This document shows positions 42,301-54,899 of a stretch of 64,000 nt of DNA, in pieces. Numbering within the stretch: the first letter of the stretch is position 1; each line of letters opens with the position of its first letter. The position numbers and the translations under genes are program-made. Source of the DNA: Lenisia limosa (lineage: Eukaryota; Protista; Breviatea); NCBI GenBank assembly GCA_001655205.1, contig LPNZ01008925.1:1-64000 (forward strand), in the 5' to 3' direction. The notes under the pieces were generated by a model. It was not told where the DNA came from. It searched no databases and saw nothing but the letters and a program-made list of their open reading frames with translations.

Positions 42301-45179
42301 TCGATCTATGATGTGCATAATATATTATAAAGTGTATATCAAATGGGGACGTTTGTTTCAAAAGTTAAAGGCAATCCAACGTACCTTGACAGTGTTTAGT
42401 ACCATTTCGGATGTGATCGGACTGTATTCCGCGATGTTTTGCATTGCCATAGGCCTGCTGCTGTAGTCGGGTTTGGGACAGCATTTGGACATGAAACTAA
42501 TGGTTAAGGTAAAAGAGAAGAGACCTACACTGAAGAACCACAACAGAAGTCTGAATCCCATTTGAAAGAAGCAGCGCATACCTTTGGGGGTGACAACAGA
42601 CACCAAAAGTAACCGACCTCTTTAATACGAGTAGCACATGGGGGATCTGCATTCACAGCATTGCAATTTGAGAAGATATTTGAGTTAGGTATGTAGTCTT
42701 CTGAATTCTTGCAAAACTACAATGATATTAAGTAAGTGATGATAGCAGATTGGCGTTACCTCAGCTTTAGAAATTTCACCATTTACAAGTGCTTCTGAAA
42801 AAGTAAAAAGGGGAAACAGAAACAAAAACAATAAGAGAGACATCTGACGTAATAGCCTAGACGATTCTGGAGAGAAATATGCTTCTCATCTCCTCTAATC
42901 TAGTAGTAGTATTTGTCAAAACTATATGATATAATACAGAAGAGAATGTCAGTGAAGCGTTTCCCTTTTACCCTGCTAAACAGCAGATATAAAAACAACT
43001 CCATTATCATTTCTAAACCCTTTTTCGAAAAACACCACCTATTTGAACTAGAATTGTTGAAAAAAAAGAAGAAGTATTATCTTGCTCTTGCAAACTTTGT
43101 TCTTCAACTTCAGTGATGATTGACTCAGATGATTGTGCACCTCCAACACAAATTACGTATTTTGACTTACCTTAACAGTGATATGAAACTCAAAGATATC
43201 GCTTTTAAATAAAAGGATTAACTCCACAAACAAAGTTCAGTGAGCCTGTCGATCTTATTGCCTGCAGCGACAACAATAGTGACATCACGATGGTTGTACA
43301 CAAACTACAGGGTTGCTGGCAAGAGCCCTTACCTCTTCCAAATCGTGCACATAAATATTCGGTGTCGATGCAGAGATTCTATGTAATAAACAAGACAAGT
43401 CATAACAAAGTGGATCAGAGCCCCACTAACAGAACAACTCGAGCACCATGGTCGTAGTGCCACTGCACAGCCTAAATTGTTATCTTCCGTCTTCACCACT
43501 ACAAAGTGACAACAGCCTACATTATCAAGGTGGTTTTCAGGAATATCCGAAATGGAAACCCTTGCTTTCGGTGCTACACCCTGGAAGGTCTTGCCAGACG
43601 TCTCACTAAAACAGTGAGTTATAAATAGGGCTTCACTTTGCTCCAAAAAACTGGCATAATATCGATAGTTTTCGAGGATTTATTGAAAAATTCAGTCTTT
43701 TTGAACCGAAGTGAAGCCCTAGTTACAAAGAAGCCAACCTTGTCGAGCCAACAGCGGCCGCGGCTAAAAAGGTTCCGTGACCGGTGAAGTCGGCCACACC
43801 TCGGATGTCGGAAGAGGAGCCTCGGATGGCAGCAATCTGAAAAGTTATCGGATATTGAGAGATTTTCAGACCTTCCTATGGAAAGCCATTTCATTTGGAG
43901 CTTGGATGGTACGAGAATTGGATCCGAAGAAGTGGACTAGAAGATGAATCAAGTGGGATAACAAACTGGAGTCAATGTCATCGAAAAGGAGGCAATGGTT
44001 CGGGTCAACCCCGTCATCAATAATTCCAATAATCTGAAACAATAAGTCAAAGCTTGGGACAGTGTGACAAACCTGGTTAGATCCCATGATTCCAGAAGAC
44101 CAGATTTCAGGGATTGAAATGTCGTCTCCCACCGTCGAGGCAAAGTTCTATACTGTCAAAACTCACACAGTGACAACTATTCTGCAGAAATGGAAATAAA
44201 AAAGAAAACAAGCATTTATACTTCTTAATCTGACAAATAAAAAACAATAGGAAATGCGTATCTGTTTTTTTTTTAAAAAAAATCCCACCTGAGAAGCGAA
44301 GCTGATACTACTACTGAAGCGTCTCTCGCCGTCAACAGGCTGCATGGTCAGACTAGCATTCCTTCATAACTCTTCGTTTAATCAGAAGCTTGTGCATTGC
44401 CTAGTGCCATATTTGTTTTAAATTATAATATAAGTCACCAAACATACCGCCACTATGTAGCAAAGTGGGTGCTCAGAAAAAGCTTTCACGAATGATTGGA
44501 GGGACTCCATGGACCTATTCCATGAGAACATAACAAAGATAAAGCAAAACAAACAAAGGGCCTTTTGGTGAGATAAGGGTAATACGCTTGTTGTCTTTGC
44601 TGATTTTCAAAACAGCATTTGCGGAAATCTAAAAGATAACACAGAACAATCGATCCTACAACACTTGGAATTTGCTCAGTTGAAACGTCAGAAATAAAGC
44701 GTGCTTCCAGTCCAACGAATTGCTTTTCTAAAAAATTAGCTCGTTTAAAATTGGTCTTACTGTTCAACTTTATAAAAGTGGGACTACTGATTGAAGGAGA
44801 AATTTTGTCCTCCGACAGAAGGACTTGACCTAGAGGTGAGATTCGTGGAGGCTTACCATCAAAGTCATCACCTTCGAGGCAAATAAACCTACCACCATAT
44901 TGAACACAAGGCGCTGGAGTTGTTATATAACATGGAAATAAAATATGAACTCAAGTGGAAGGAAACTTAAAAGGGAAACTCACAAGCCCCCCCTACTATC
45001 AGCCGAATGTGGGGAGTTGGAGTTAACAATGAATAACTCCTAAAATGTCAGTATTCCAATGAAAAACAATAAACCATTGGATTGATGATGACGTTACTAA
45101 ATAAGTTACAACAAACTTTTGAAAGAGCCAAGGAACCTGACAGGACCAACAACCACAAAATGAGTTTGGGGAGTGGCAT
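36333..45179 (-). CDS. Type I membrane subtilisin-like S8 peptidase (TagC/Kp43-like) with EGF and laminin-EGF repeats
   Basis: Signal peptide MPLPKLILWLLVLSGSLA; triad motifs GIIDDGVDPNHC (Asp), DFTGHGTFLAAAAVG (His), VSGTSVAASIVAGSVALIREF (Ser); many Cys-rich repeats at 36400-41000; TM WLVISLVGVAAVG-GAAGAAAFVF-KKKK; tail ending YAAVETL*. Confidence 0.85.
43628..43719. mobile_element. 92-bp MITE inside an S8-peptidase intron
   Basis: TA|GGGCTTCACTT...AAGTGAAGCCC|TA: perfect 11-bp terminal inverted repeat with TA on both sides. Removing it leaves a normal-sized ~35-nt intron. Confidence 0.85.
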
Positions 45180-45429
45180 TGGGGTAAGACAGGGGAAGAC
45201 TTTTCCCCTTCTTTTTCTTGTGTAATTGTGCAATTTTCTTGCTTGTGTAATTATTCTGAGAAGGAGGAAAGGACAGATTAGAAGGGAATAAAAGGGAGGA
45301 GAAAATATCCGTGAATTGGTATCCTAATACTGTAACGTCCTGCGCCCCGGCATGGGCTGTTTCTAAACAGCTTTTGTTTTTTGATTCTTAATCCTCTTGG
45401 GATACTTATGATACGGAAGCTCTGAGGTG

Positions 45430-46090
45430 CAGTATCATCATCAAGACAAAATGAGGCCCTTTAAGGACTTAATGTCCTGTGAGTGGTACCAGGACCTCAT
45501 TAGGCTAGATCTTCCGTTCTTCGGTCGCTCTGATCAGCGAAGATGGATGGCAAGGTCATATAGAGCCTACCTGGTGCAAACTTACGGTTCTCGTTGCTCC
45601 GATGTAATTTTCATAGAACCCCCAATTCGCTAGATGTTTGCTTCGTGGTGAGTCTCCTAGGTTCTCAGCCCCAACCTTTTTGGTCTCCCTCTCAATTGCT
45701 CTCCTCAGCAGGGAGAGTTCAGTCGTGAGGTTCTTGTGCTGATTAGGTTTGGCAAGTTGGGTTTCAGGGGGGCTTACTGTGATACCCGGAGTGTCATCCT
45801 GTTTCTTCAACGACCATGCTCCCACCATTTGGTGCTAGTGGTTTGAAACAGGCTCTGCCTCCACCCCTTAATGTCCTAAAAAAAGAGGCAAAAGAGATGA
45901 GATGTTGAAACGGAGTAAGCAGACCACGGAAGGGGGGTGGGGCGTGTGGGAGCTGGTGAAGTGGGGCAAGGGATGTGAAGGGGATGGATTGGACTGGTGT
46001 TGGCAGGTGGGGTGGGGCAAGCAGGGGAAGCGGAGCCAAAGGAGCAGAAAGACAGAAAGGAGAAGATGGAATAGGTTATAAAAGACATTG
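45430..46090 (-). CDS. Possible small hypothetical gene
   Basis: Hydrophobic start MSFITYSIFSFLSFCSFGSA, a Pro-rich stretch and exon HKNLTTELSLLRRAIERETKK. I could not establish a consistent splice path. Confidence 0.25.
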
Positions 46091-46132
46091 TTAAATAATT
46101 TTCCAAGTAGAAAGTGGACAGAAGAGAAGAAC

Positions 46133-47903
46133 ATGTTGAGATTTGGTGTCAGTCTGTCAAAACTACTGCTCTTGTTGCCTTCTTCCAGTTTCATTCGTCC
46201 TGCTACTTCAAATTTGGCTGGAAGTTGTGTTCATTCTGCTTTTAGCACGATTGCAACAGATTCATCATGCTGTGGAATGTAGGCTGTTTTCCAATTCGCC
46301 GCAATTCTCTTCAAAAATAATAATCCATTAAGGAATGAAGAAACTACTGACAAACGGACGGGATGTGACACTTGTGAGAGTGTTGGTTGTTGGAGCTGCT
46401 CGAAGGAATTTTGCGATAATGATGGTAAGAGCCTTTCGAACTAAAAGGGATGCTGGGGGAGCTGAGCAAAGGAATTGAAAGGCCAATGTTTTGGATACTT
46501 GCTACACATTCTCAGTTCCCCCGCCCCCCACATTTAAGACATTTTTATCAATGCAATAAAATATGACATCCGCAGAACTCTCAAAGAAATGCACATATTT
46601 CTGCCCAGGTTGCCACGTTCTTCTCCCCCCTTGCAGGCAGAAAGTCAACTACTTTGACGTCCTTGACATGTATTTTGGATTCACTGCCGTACCATACTCT
46701 TCATGATACAGTACATCGTTCCTATATAAGTGTGGACGACTTGGACAGATACCGCCTATTTTATTTCTGATCTCTACATATAGTGTTGATAACTTTACTT
46801 ACAGAGAATGTCATAAGAAATATGATACCTCCAACCCTTAAGGCCAAAGAATTTCGACTTAGACGTTCCACGACTTGAGGCCGAGTTTAAAAAGCTGCAG
46901 CGACAACTCCACCCAGACAAGTTGGCAAAACACGCACTCTATTTTTCGACTTCTTGGGAAGAATATTTTACGATATAGGTATGCAATGAAAGACAAACAA
47001 GAACAGGTTGGAGGACACTTTGGAATTGGAATGTGACATTTAGAATACTAACCTTTCAGCTTCACGCCACACAACATTCAGCAAACGTTAACCTTGCCTA
47101 TAGCACGCTGAAAAACCCATTGAGTCGAGCTGAGTATCTTTTACAGCTTGGTATGTTCTAAAACCCATTTTAGAATGAGTAAGAATGTTGCGATTTACTA
47201 TTAATCATGGTTTTTAATAAAATATCCAAAACATGTTCGGAAAATGAGCGCACAATAATCAACTTGGGTGGATGAAGTGGGTACGGCGAAGTCTTTTACG
47301 TTGACAAACCACTTCCATTGAAGTCCCTTAAATTGACACTTCAGGAGGAGTTCAAGTTGGAGAAGCTACCCGAGAGGTAGATCCTGATTTATTGATGGAG
47401 GTCTTGGAGATCAGAGAAGAACTCGACGACTCCCAATCTGATCCTGACACTGTGGTATGTTAGCACGCATTATTAAGAAAGATAGAAAGATAAAATTTCT
47501 TGCTCTTTAGTTTAATTACCCAGAAGTCAATTCTCAGTGAGAACGAAGAGAAAATCGAACAAGTCAGAAAGTCTGGGAGATGATTTGTTTTTACAATTTT
47601 TTATACTTTTATCTTAAAAGGTTACGTAATGGATTTCTCTTAGCTGCATTTCTCCATAATATTACGGAGTAACAGACTAGGGGATTGGTGGACTGTTTCT
47701 CTGCAGATGAACTAGATGAGTGCATTCGCCTCACTGGAAAACTGCAGTACTACTCTAAAATAAGGTCTGCTTTGTTGAGCCGTAGTACTTCTTCAAGTCT
47801 AATTCCCACGAATCTCCCCCAGTCTCACAGCTTTTTAGGAATGAATGCCTTGAACATTTACCTGAATTATAACTTGCTTGTTTCCAATTTTGATAATGAA
47901 TGA
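46133..47903 (+). CDS. HSCB: Mitochondrial Fe-S cluster co-chaperone HscB/HSC20 (Jac1)
   Basis: Presequence-like MLRFGVSLSKLLLLLPSSSFIRP; CWSC..FCPGCHVLLPP; NYFDVLD..FDLDVPRLEAEFKKLQRQLHPDK (J domain); NLAYSTLKNPLSRAEYLL; DPDLLMEVLEIREEL; LQYYSKI. Confidence 0.9.
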
Positions 47904-48039
47904 TGTTTCCCCTCCCCCTTCCAGTGCCTAATATCTTGTCCTTCATTGAATGATTATTTCGACAAAATATACATTCAGTTGGTAATGAAACAAAGATACG
48001 TAAAGGATACATAGCCACCGAAGAGCAACCTTAGCCACC

Positions 48040-50781
48040 CGATGGCACTGCTGGTGGGGGGGTGGGGTGAGCGGCCCCACTTCAATAGAGCACGTGACGT
48101 ATGTGTGTGGTTGGGGCTGCTGCTGCTGGTTTACAAAGACCCCCCCCCCCCACAGGGNNNNNNNNNNNNNNNNNNNNNNNNNNNNNNNNNNNNNNNNNNN
48201 NNNNNNNNNNNNNNNNNNNNNNNNNNNNNNNNNNNNNCGCATCAGTCACGCCATAAATAACCGTTTTATATTGAATGAAATCATATGATATGTAATCCTA
48301 GTTGGATGATCAAAGTATGATAAAATTACCAGTGGTAGCGAGGAGAAGTGGTAGTAATAATATTGTTAGTGGGGAGTCAAGTGTTTATTACATCCCCGAC
48401 AGCGATTTCCTGGCTGTTCAAACAATTACATTTATACTAAGATTCAAGAACAGGTTCAAAAGAGGGTGCAACATGAATTTTGATAGCATCTCCATCAATT
48501 TCAGGATTGGGGTAGTTGAGAGCGGCTTGGACACCCTCAATACTGTCCAATTGGACAACAAACGAACCTGAGAGTCAGGAGTAATCAAAGATGGCTTACC
48601 TTGGCCAACTGAGTATATCATATCTACTTTGCAGAAGAAAAGCGATTCTAAACTCGACGAAAGGTGGTCAGGGAGAACGTTGAACTTTACGTCTGAAATT
48701 AGAAGTGATGACAGGCCCTTCGGATGCGGTTTGACTAGGAGATGAGATTGCATGCTACCTACCAGAAGAGTAGTCAAGAGCCTTGTTCGGAGGGTCTTTG
48801 ACAGGGTTCAAGGAGTCCATTCCTAAGTTGTCTTCGGTGTGGGCAAAGCGACACAGCTTTCCATAGCTAAACATCGTCATGCCTCACATAGCATGAAATA
48901 TAACCGTCAGTTGACTTACGTGCAGGTGTTAATCGGTCCGAAGAAGTACTTACAAGGAGGGTTGCCAACCTCATCTCCATAAGACGCCACTTTCTTAAAG
49001 GTGACCATTCGACTCCATTGGAATAAAAAAACAAAATCTATTATCCTATCAGACACCATGTCATACTTCAGGCTTATGGGTTAAGTCTTCAGAAAGGAAA
49101 CGCTTGGCAATTTCCTCTCTTTTGTCCATGAAAGGTTCAGCAGTTTCCGGCTAGAGAGGTTATACAACAAATAAGTTAATTTACCACACTTATTAGAATG
49201 TGAGAAGCCAACCTCATTCTCAGTCTCCATGTAGTCGTCATCCTTAACCTGTGGCTCTTCGGACTTCTTCTCGCTAAAGAGACCCTTTGCCTAAAATGTC
49301 AAAATTTGAGCAGCAATAGTAGCTTTGCAAAAGTCTCATTAGCATACCACTTTGGGTTCACCATCAGATTCTGGTTCGGGGGTTGGTGACTTCTCTTTGT
49401 CTAAAAAATGTAAGTGAAACACAATCAATATTCAAGGATGCCACTCACCTAAGAACGACGTTCCGAAGCTGAAGCTGAGCATGCTCTTGGGTGCATCATT
49501 TTCCGATCCGCTTTCTTCACCCTCACCGTCTATTGTCGTGAAGGTTTGGTCTATGTGAGTTCCTACCTTGACCAAAGGTCGAAAAAGGCGCTCCAAAGTT
49601 TGCAAACAGCTTTGAGGGTGTTTTCTTGTCACTCTGAGTTGATAAGGTAGCTTCATCAACTTGCAACAGTTTTAGAGAAGGCTGAAATATCCTCAACCAA
49701 TTCAATGTCATCATTGGAATATCCTCTCCTACCACTTCAATGTCATCATTGGAATATCCTCTCCTACCACTTCAATGTCATCATTGGAAATGCGTTTCGC
49801 AACATTCTCTTCAATCTTAAAAATGGTCAAAATTATTTTGCGACTTCTCAACGATTAATAAAACCAGCCTCAAACCTCAGCTACAATGTCCATGGCCTTT
49901 TTGATATCAATTCGTCTCTGCAGTTCAACGCCGTAGAGGATGGCTGCTTCTTTCTCTTTGTTTTCAGCCTCGAAACGCATTTGGCTGAGTTCAAACTGCG
50001 ACATAACCTGAAGATTTAATAGCAATAAGACGCCGGCGTACAGGGGTTCCCTTTGACAAGCGCTCGATTCTCTTTAAACGCTCCTCAGTTCTTTCAACCT
50101 GTAATGTCAGCTCAACGCTCCGAAGAAAGATATCTTACCATGGCTAAAGGCAGGATGTTGTCCCCACGTCCCTGGTGAGTGGAAAATGGCACACCCTCCG
50201 CAATAACACTGAAGAGTCAACTCATCATTGCACCTCTCAAGCGGCCAGCTTACACCCTCTCGTGGTCAGTGAACGGCCTGTGTCTAAACGTGCAGTCGTC
50301 TTTCAGACATCCAAGGTAACGGTTGTTGGCGAAGTGACACACTCCCTTGTTCTCACGAAGGCCTGCAATCTAGAGCAATAATTATCTATCGTGATCTAAC
50401 AAACCTTTTCAATCGTTTTCTCATCCAAAAGCGATCCCTTTAAGATAGGTTCGTAGTCTACAGGAGGTTGAATGTACGGTGACATTTCACGTCCTTCGTC
50501 CCTCATGCGTTGCTCTGTAAAGTTTAAGAATAGTCTGGTTCAAGAAAGTTGCTTACCTCTCTTCCTTTTTGTGTTGAGCGCGTCAAAGTGCCTGTACACC
50601 GAGTTGGCTGAAAATGTGAATGAGAAGCTAAATGACTAAAGAGCACAAACATCCATCCATCTTTCCAACCTCCGACAACAGAGCATCTTTCAATCCAACT
50701 TTCTGCGACGTTTTCAGAATCTCCTGACTCATACGGGTTTTCGGGCACCTGGAGGGTCGTAAAATAGAGTTGACAAAGCAT
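48040..50781 (-). CDS. CCCH zinc-finger protein (two fingers)
   Basis: Fingers CHFANNRYLGCLKDDCTFRH and CKYFFGPINTCT-YGKLCRFAH, with in-phase exons between them. Start and end approximate. Confidence 0.65.
49701..49789. repeat. 35-bp tandem repeat, about 2.5 copies
   Basis: Unit ttcaatgtcatcattggaatatcctctcctaccac occurs twice exactly, plus a 19-nt partial copy. Confidence 0.95.
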
Positions 50782-50863
50782 TAAAACGGGAAGGTTTAAC
50801 CTCTAAACCAATAAATTCTCTCTTTCTGAACTTACCAGTGGTTTATAAAAACAAACAGATCAC

Positions 50864-50900
50864 AAGTCAGCCAATCCCACTGACAAAAGTCAGCCAATCC
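50864..50900. promoter_or_regulatory. Duplicated 14-mer containing CCAAT boxes
   Basis: aagtcagccaatcc at 50864 and 50887 (23-nt spacing), about 85-120 nt upstream of the putative CCCH start. Confidence 0.3.
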
Positions 50901-51101
50901 TACTGGTGCTTGCTCAAATGGGCATTCAATCATTTCTTGTTTGGGAAGCTTCATGAAGGGTAGGAACGTCTACTGGGTCATTTAAAGGACACGATATGAC
51001 AGCGCAATGCTGTGAAAATTACTTTTGTTAAGCTCTTAAAGATACACAAAATGATATTAAGATGAAGCTCAGAAGTGACCGGGATGATCATGACCGTAGT
51101 A

Positions 51102-51184
51102 GGGCTTCACTTCCGTTCGAAAAAAGACTGAATTTCTCGATAAATCCAAAACTATCAATAGTTTATCAAACCGAAGTGAAGCCC
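51102..51184. mobile_element. 83-bp MITE, intergenic
   Basis: TA|GGGCTTCACTTCCGTT...AACCGAAGTGAAGCCC|TA (17/18 inverted match including TA); interior similar to the reverse complement of 43628-43719. Confidence 0.85.
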
Positions 51185-51632
51185 TATTCACAAGTTATTT
51201 ATGCGATTTTTTTACAACTTGTTTTCTAAGACCCTTCAAAAAGATTAATGCGAGGGTATTGGCCCTCTGTTTTTTTTAAAAAAGATTATTTTACATTGAC
51301 AAAGAGAAATAAAAGCATAAATCAGAAGAGTATCGAGAAATGGGAAGATCGCCTCTTTGACAAACAGAATGGACCACTGCCAGCTTTTCACTGGGAGAGC
51401 CGATTCTCTNNNNNNNNNNNNNNNNNNNNNNNNNNNNNNNNNNNNNNNNNNNNNNNNNNNNNNNNNNNNNNNNNNNNNNNNNNNNNNNNNNNNNNNNNNN
51501 NNNNNNNNNNNNNNNNNNNNNNNNNNNNNNNNNNNNNNNNNNNNNNNNNNNNNNNNNNNNNNNNNNNNNNNNNNNNNNNNNNNNNNNNNNNNNNNNNNNN
51601 NNNNNNNNNNNNNNNNNNNNNNNNNNNNNNNN

Positions 51633-54358
51633 CATTTGCTGGCTCAGAAGACTCACGTGACACTTCGGGTTCGGGAGATTTCGCGGGAGTAGCCCTTTTC
51701 CTAGGAAGTAAACTCGTTCCATGTGCCATTTGGAAGGTTTTAAGACAAATCCAACTTTCTTGGGATCGCAGTCATTTTAGGGTTAGCCTTTTTAACGCTT
51801 CCGTCATTATCAAAGAGTCTGGCGGTTGAGGGAGTGGATGGGGTGCTACAAAGATTAGAATCAATACATAAACTAAAGAGGCTTGAAGTGTCCACTACCA
51901 CTAACGTTGGGGTATCGAATTTGCTCTGTCTCCTCCTTTTATTCAGCACCATTCTCTCAATTATGACGTCACTGTCCGAGTCCGACTCTGGTTTGTACTC
52001 ATCGTCCTTGAAGATCAAAAGATCACGGAAGCCTACGTCAGATACTATCTTTTTTGTTACGGGCTCCTCTTCGGCAGCAGCCTCGACGACTGAAACTTCA
52101 GCAGTCTGATTGGTGTCAGCTTCAAGAACGGGTGAGGGCGACTTGGACTTGGGGCGTTCAGCCTGGGCCGGGGCGTCTGGGAGTTAGGATCACAACCGAC
52201 TACTCACTCACCATCAGCAAAAGGGTCATCATCATTGGAGGTAATGCGGCGGCGGCGGCGGCGCGATGATGATGAAGAGGACGAAAACAGCCCTAGTCTT
52301 CTTGTCTACAGGTGTAAGATAACCTCAAAGACTCACCACTTGGGGCTTTTCTTTGATAGTCTCCTCCTCTTCCATTTCAGAGGGACGACTCCGGACTTTG
52401 TCTCGCGGCTTGTCGCGTTTGAGCATCAGAACTGGTCTCTTGCGGGGAGGGGGTGTGGGAGAGCTGGGGAATCAGAAGTGCCAATTAAGACAACAGAACG
52501 GAATTGAACCTACGATGATGGAGGGCTGGGGCTTTTGGGGGTAGGTGATTTGGGGGTGGGGGGCCTATGCGTGAAGAAAAATAATGAACAAAAGAACTTC
52601 AGATTAGTATATATTACAATAATAAACAACACATGTGGATTATTTGGAGACTTACTGTGGAGTTGGGGATTGTGGGGGNNNNNNNNNNNNNNNNNNNNNN
52701 NNNNNNNNNNNNNNNCTTGCCTAAAACAATCAGAGAAAGAGACCACGTATAATCTTATACTATACACCATGTGAGGCAACAAGTAGCCAACCTGGGAACC
52801 GAAGGTTCTCTAATAGGACTCGGAGATGGGGAACGAGCAGGGCTGGGCGTTGTGCTATGTTTTTTGGGGCTATCCGCAGGAGAAGGTGATGGAGACCTGA
52901 CAGGCTCTGCAAAATAGGCCATTAGTCATCAAACAAATCATACAGTAGCAAATTAATTGAAGCAAATCACAGATTATTCATAAAACAAATTATACAATAG
53001 CAAACCATACAATACCACTCACCATGTTTGCGTGATTGGAAAGACTTCTTCAGTACAGTTGGTTCTGTGTGTGACGGGGTTTGACAATCATCCCATGGTG
53101 ACGCAGCCTGAACGTGAGACAGATGTATATTTAGATGGAAAAATAGTTTTATTAAAAAAAACATGAGACAAAAAAGGCAATTCACATATTGATATCAACG
53201 ACCAACTTTCAAGACGCAAGCAAACCTGTGGTGGAGTATTGGAACGCAGCGGGGATGACACGGGGGTTGGCTTCTTCTTCCACATGCGAACCTGCTTTTG
53301 TTTGGAAGGGGGGGATACTGACCTGGCTGGCTCTGGGGTACCTGGTCTCGAGGGAATAGTGTTGGGAATCTAAAGGGAAAGACGTGAACACAGTCAATTT
53401 CCACGCCACATTGATCAGTACCACAAAACTGATCTCACCTGCTTAGGTACGAAGGCGATAGGGGTGGCATCATAAGCAGAAAGCTGTGGCTCATGTAACA
53501 AACCGAGTTGCGTCCAAACACTCAAAACGGCACTCACTAAATCTCGAACCTCTGATCAGTCACAAAGAGGAGAGGGAGGGGGAAGAGATAGAAAGAGAGA
53601 AACTAGGGATGCCAAACATAGAAAAGGGCCATAATCCGCATATTTCCTCTCAAAGCACAGGGCGTACGTTGGTCTTCATTGTCAGTCATGGACTTGAGGA
53701 TCTCGGGGATGACAGTGACCATGAGCTGTTTGCTGCTCAGCGGCAACGAAAGAAGACACTGCGCTGTCATTCTCTTCCACCAAAACAATATATCGCTACA
53801 TACCTGTAATACTGCAATGAGTAGTTTCGAATGCTGTGTGGCAAGGGCATCCTGCATGATTCTGGAAAGATAGATGGCGACACCACTGTCACACGCCCTA
53901 AGCTAATAAACAACATATCAAATGCTTTGTCATCTGAGCCTCCCCAACTGTTTTAAAGGGAAATGCGCTGATGTTTTTGCAAGTAAGTTCACCAGGTGAA
54001 GTCTCTACAGTGATTAGTCACGGCAAACATGAGCATAGCAAATGAGGAAAATGTTTGAGGGAGAGGAAGGCTCTTGACAGTTTCTAACCTTTTCATTATC
54101 GTGAATGGAATCTAGTGACGCCAATAAACGAGCGACGTCCTCTGAAAGGAAGATGCTGTTCATCTTGTGAGCAGTACGTTTACTGGCAAACACAGAATCT
54201 TCTTTTTCTTGATTAAATCTCTTCTCCTATATAACCCTAACCACAATATCTCAACTAGGCTGTCTCAAAATTAAAAAGGACCGCTTTGAGAAAAAAAAAC
54301 GCGGTTTGTCCTAGAAAAGATCCTGAAGATCATATGACAAACAGTCCTTTTGGCCATG
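51633..54358 (-). CDS. Hypothetical protein: helical N-terminus and long Ser/Pro/acidic disordered C-terminus (spans an N-gap)
   Basis: Splice-bounded exons KRTAHKMNSIFLSEDVARLLASL, DALATQHSKLLIAVLQ, KKKPTPVSSPLRSNTPPQ, SPARSPSPSPIREP, EYKPESDSDSDVII. No family recognised. Confidence 0.55.
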
Positions 54359-54899
54359 AGTAGAGTTTACTCTAACCCCTTTTGTCTGTCAAGCAAAAAT
54401 TTGATAGCTTCGCTTGAACAATGTGATTAGCCATTAATACACATAGCTCGGAATTCAGTATTGAAAGATAAAATAGGGTACGTTGCTTTCCTCAATTGCA
54501 TTTATGAGCCTTATTTGGATGGCCACAGGGGGTTTGAAATGTTGGAACCAAAAAAAATTCGACGACTGTACCTCAAGAAAAGGTGTTAGAGGAGGCTAAT
54601 AATTGAACTGATTTTGGGAGATTTATGAAGAAAAGTCGAAATAGTCCAACCGCGGCCAAGAACCACAATCAGTCCGATTTCCGATACTTCTTGGTAATAA
54701 TCGAACAAAAGAAGAAGAATGAGAAATTGAATCATTTCAATTACTTTTACTCGGCTAGGCTGGAGTTAAAACCTTGTTTGTGAAAAACGGTGTTTTGGTT
54801 ACCATATCATTCCAAACAAAGACTCGAAGATTCGAACAACCCAAAAACTCTGATGCACATCTCGCTTTAAAATAATAAATATATAAATATATTGTGGAC

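Noticed and set aside
45930-46040. G-quadruplex-like G-rich tract, and G/C homopolymers next to N-gaps
   Set aside because: Explained by Pro-rich coding on the opposite strand or by sequencing dropout at homopolymers; there is no independent evidence of function.
47990-48012. U12-type donor GTATCCTTT on the minus strand (and GTATCTTT at about 63460)
   Set aside because: No matching U12 branch point (TCCTTAAC) found and the exon context is unverified.
49701-49789. CRISPR-like array (35-bp period)
   Set aside because: The 'spacers' are identical and the context is a eukaryotic gene; it is a simple tandem duplication.
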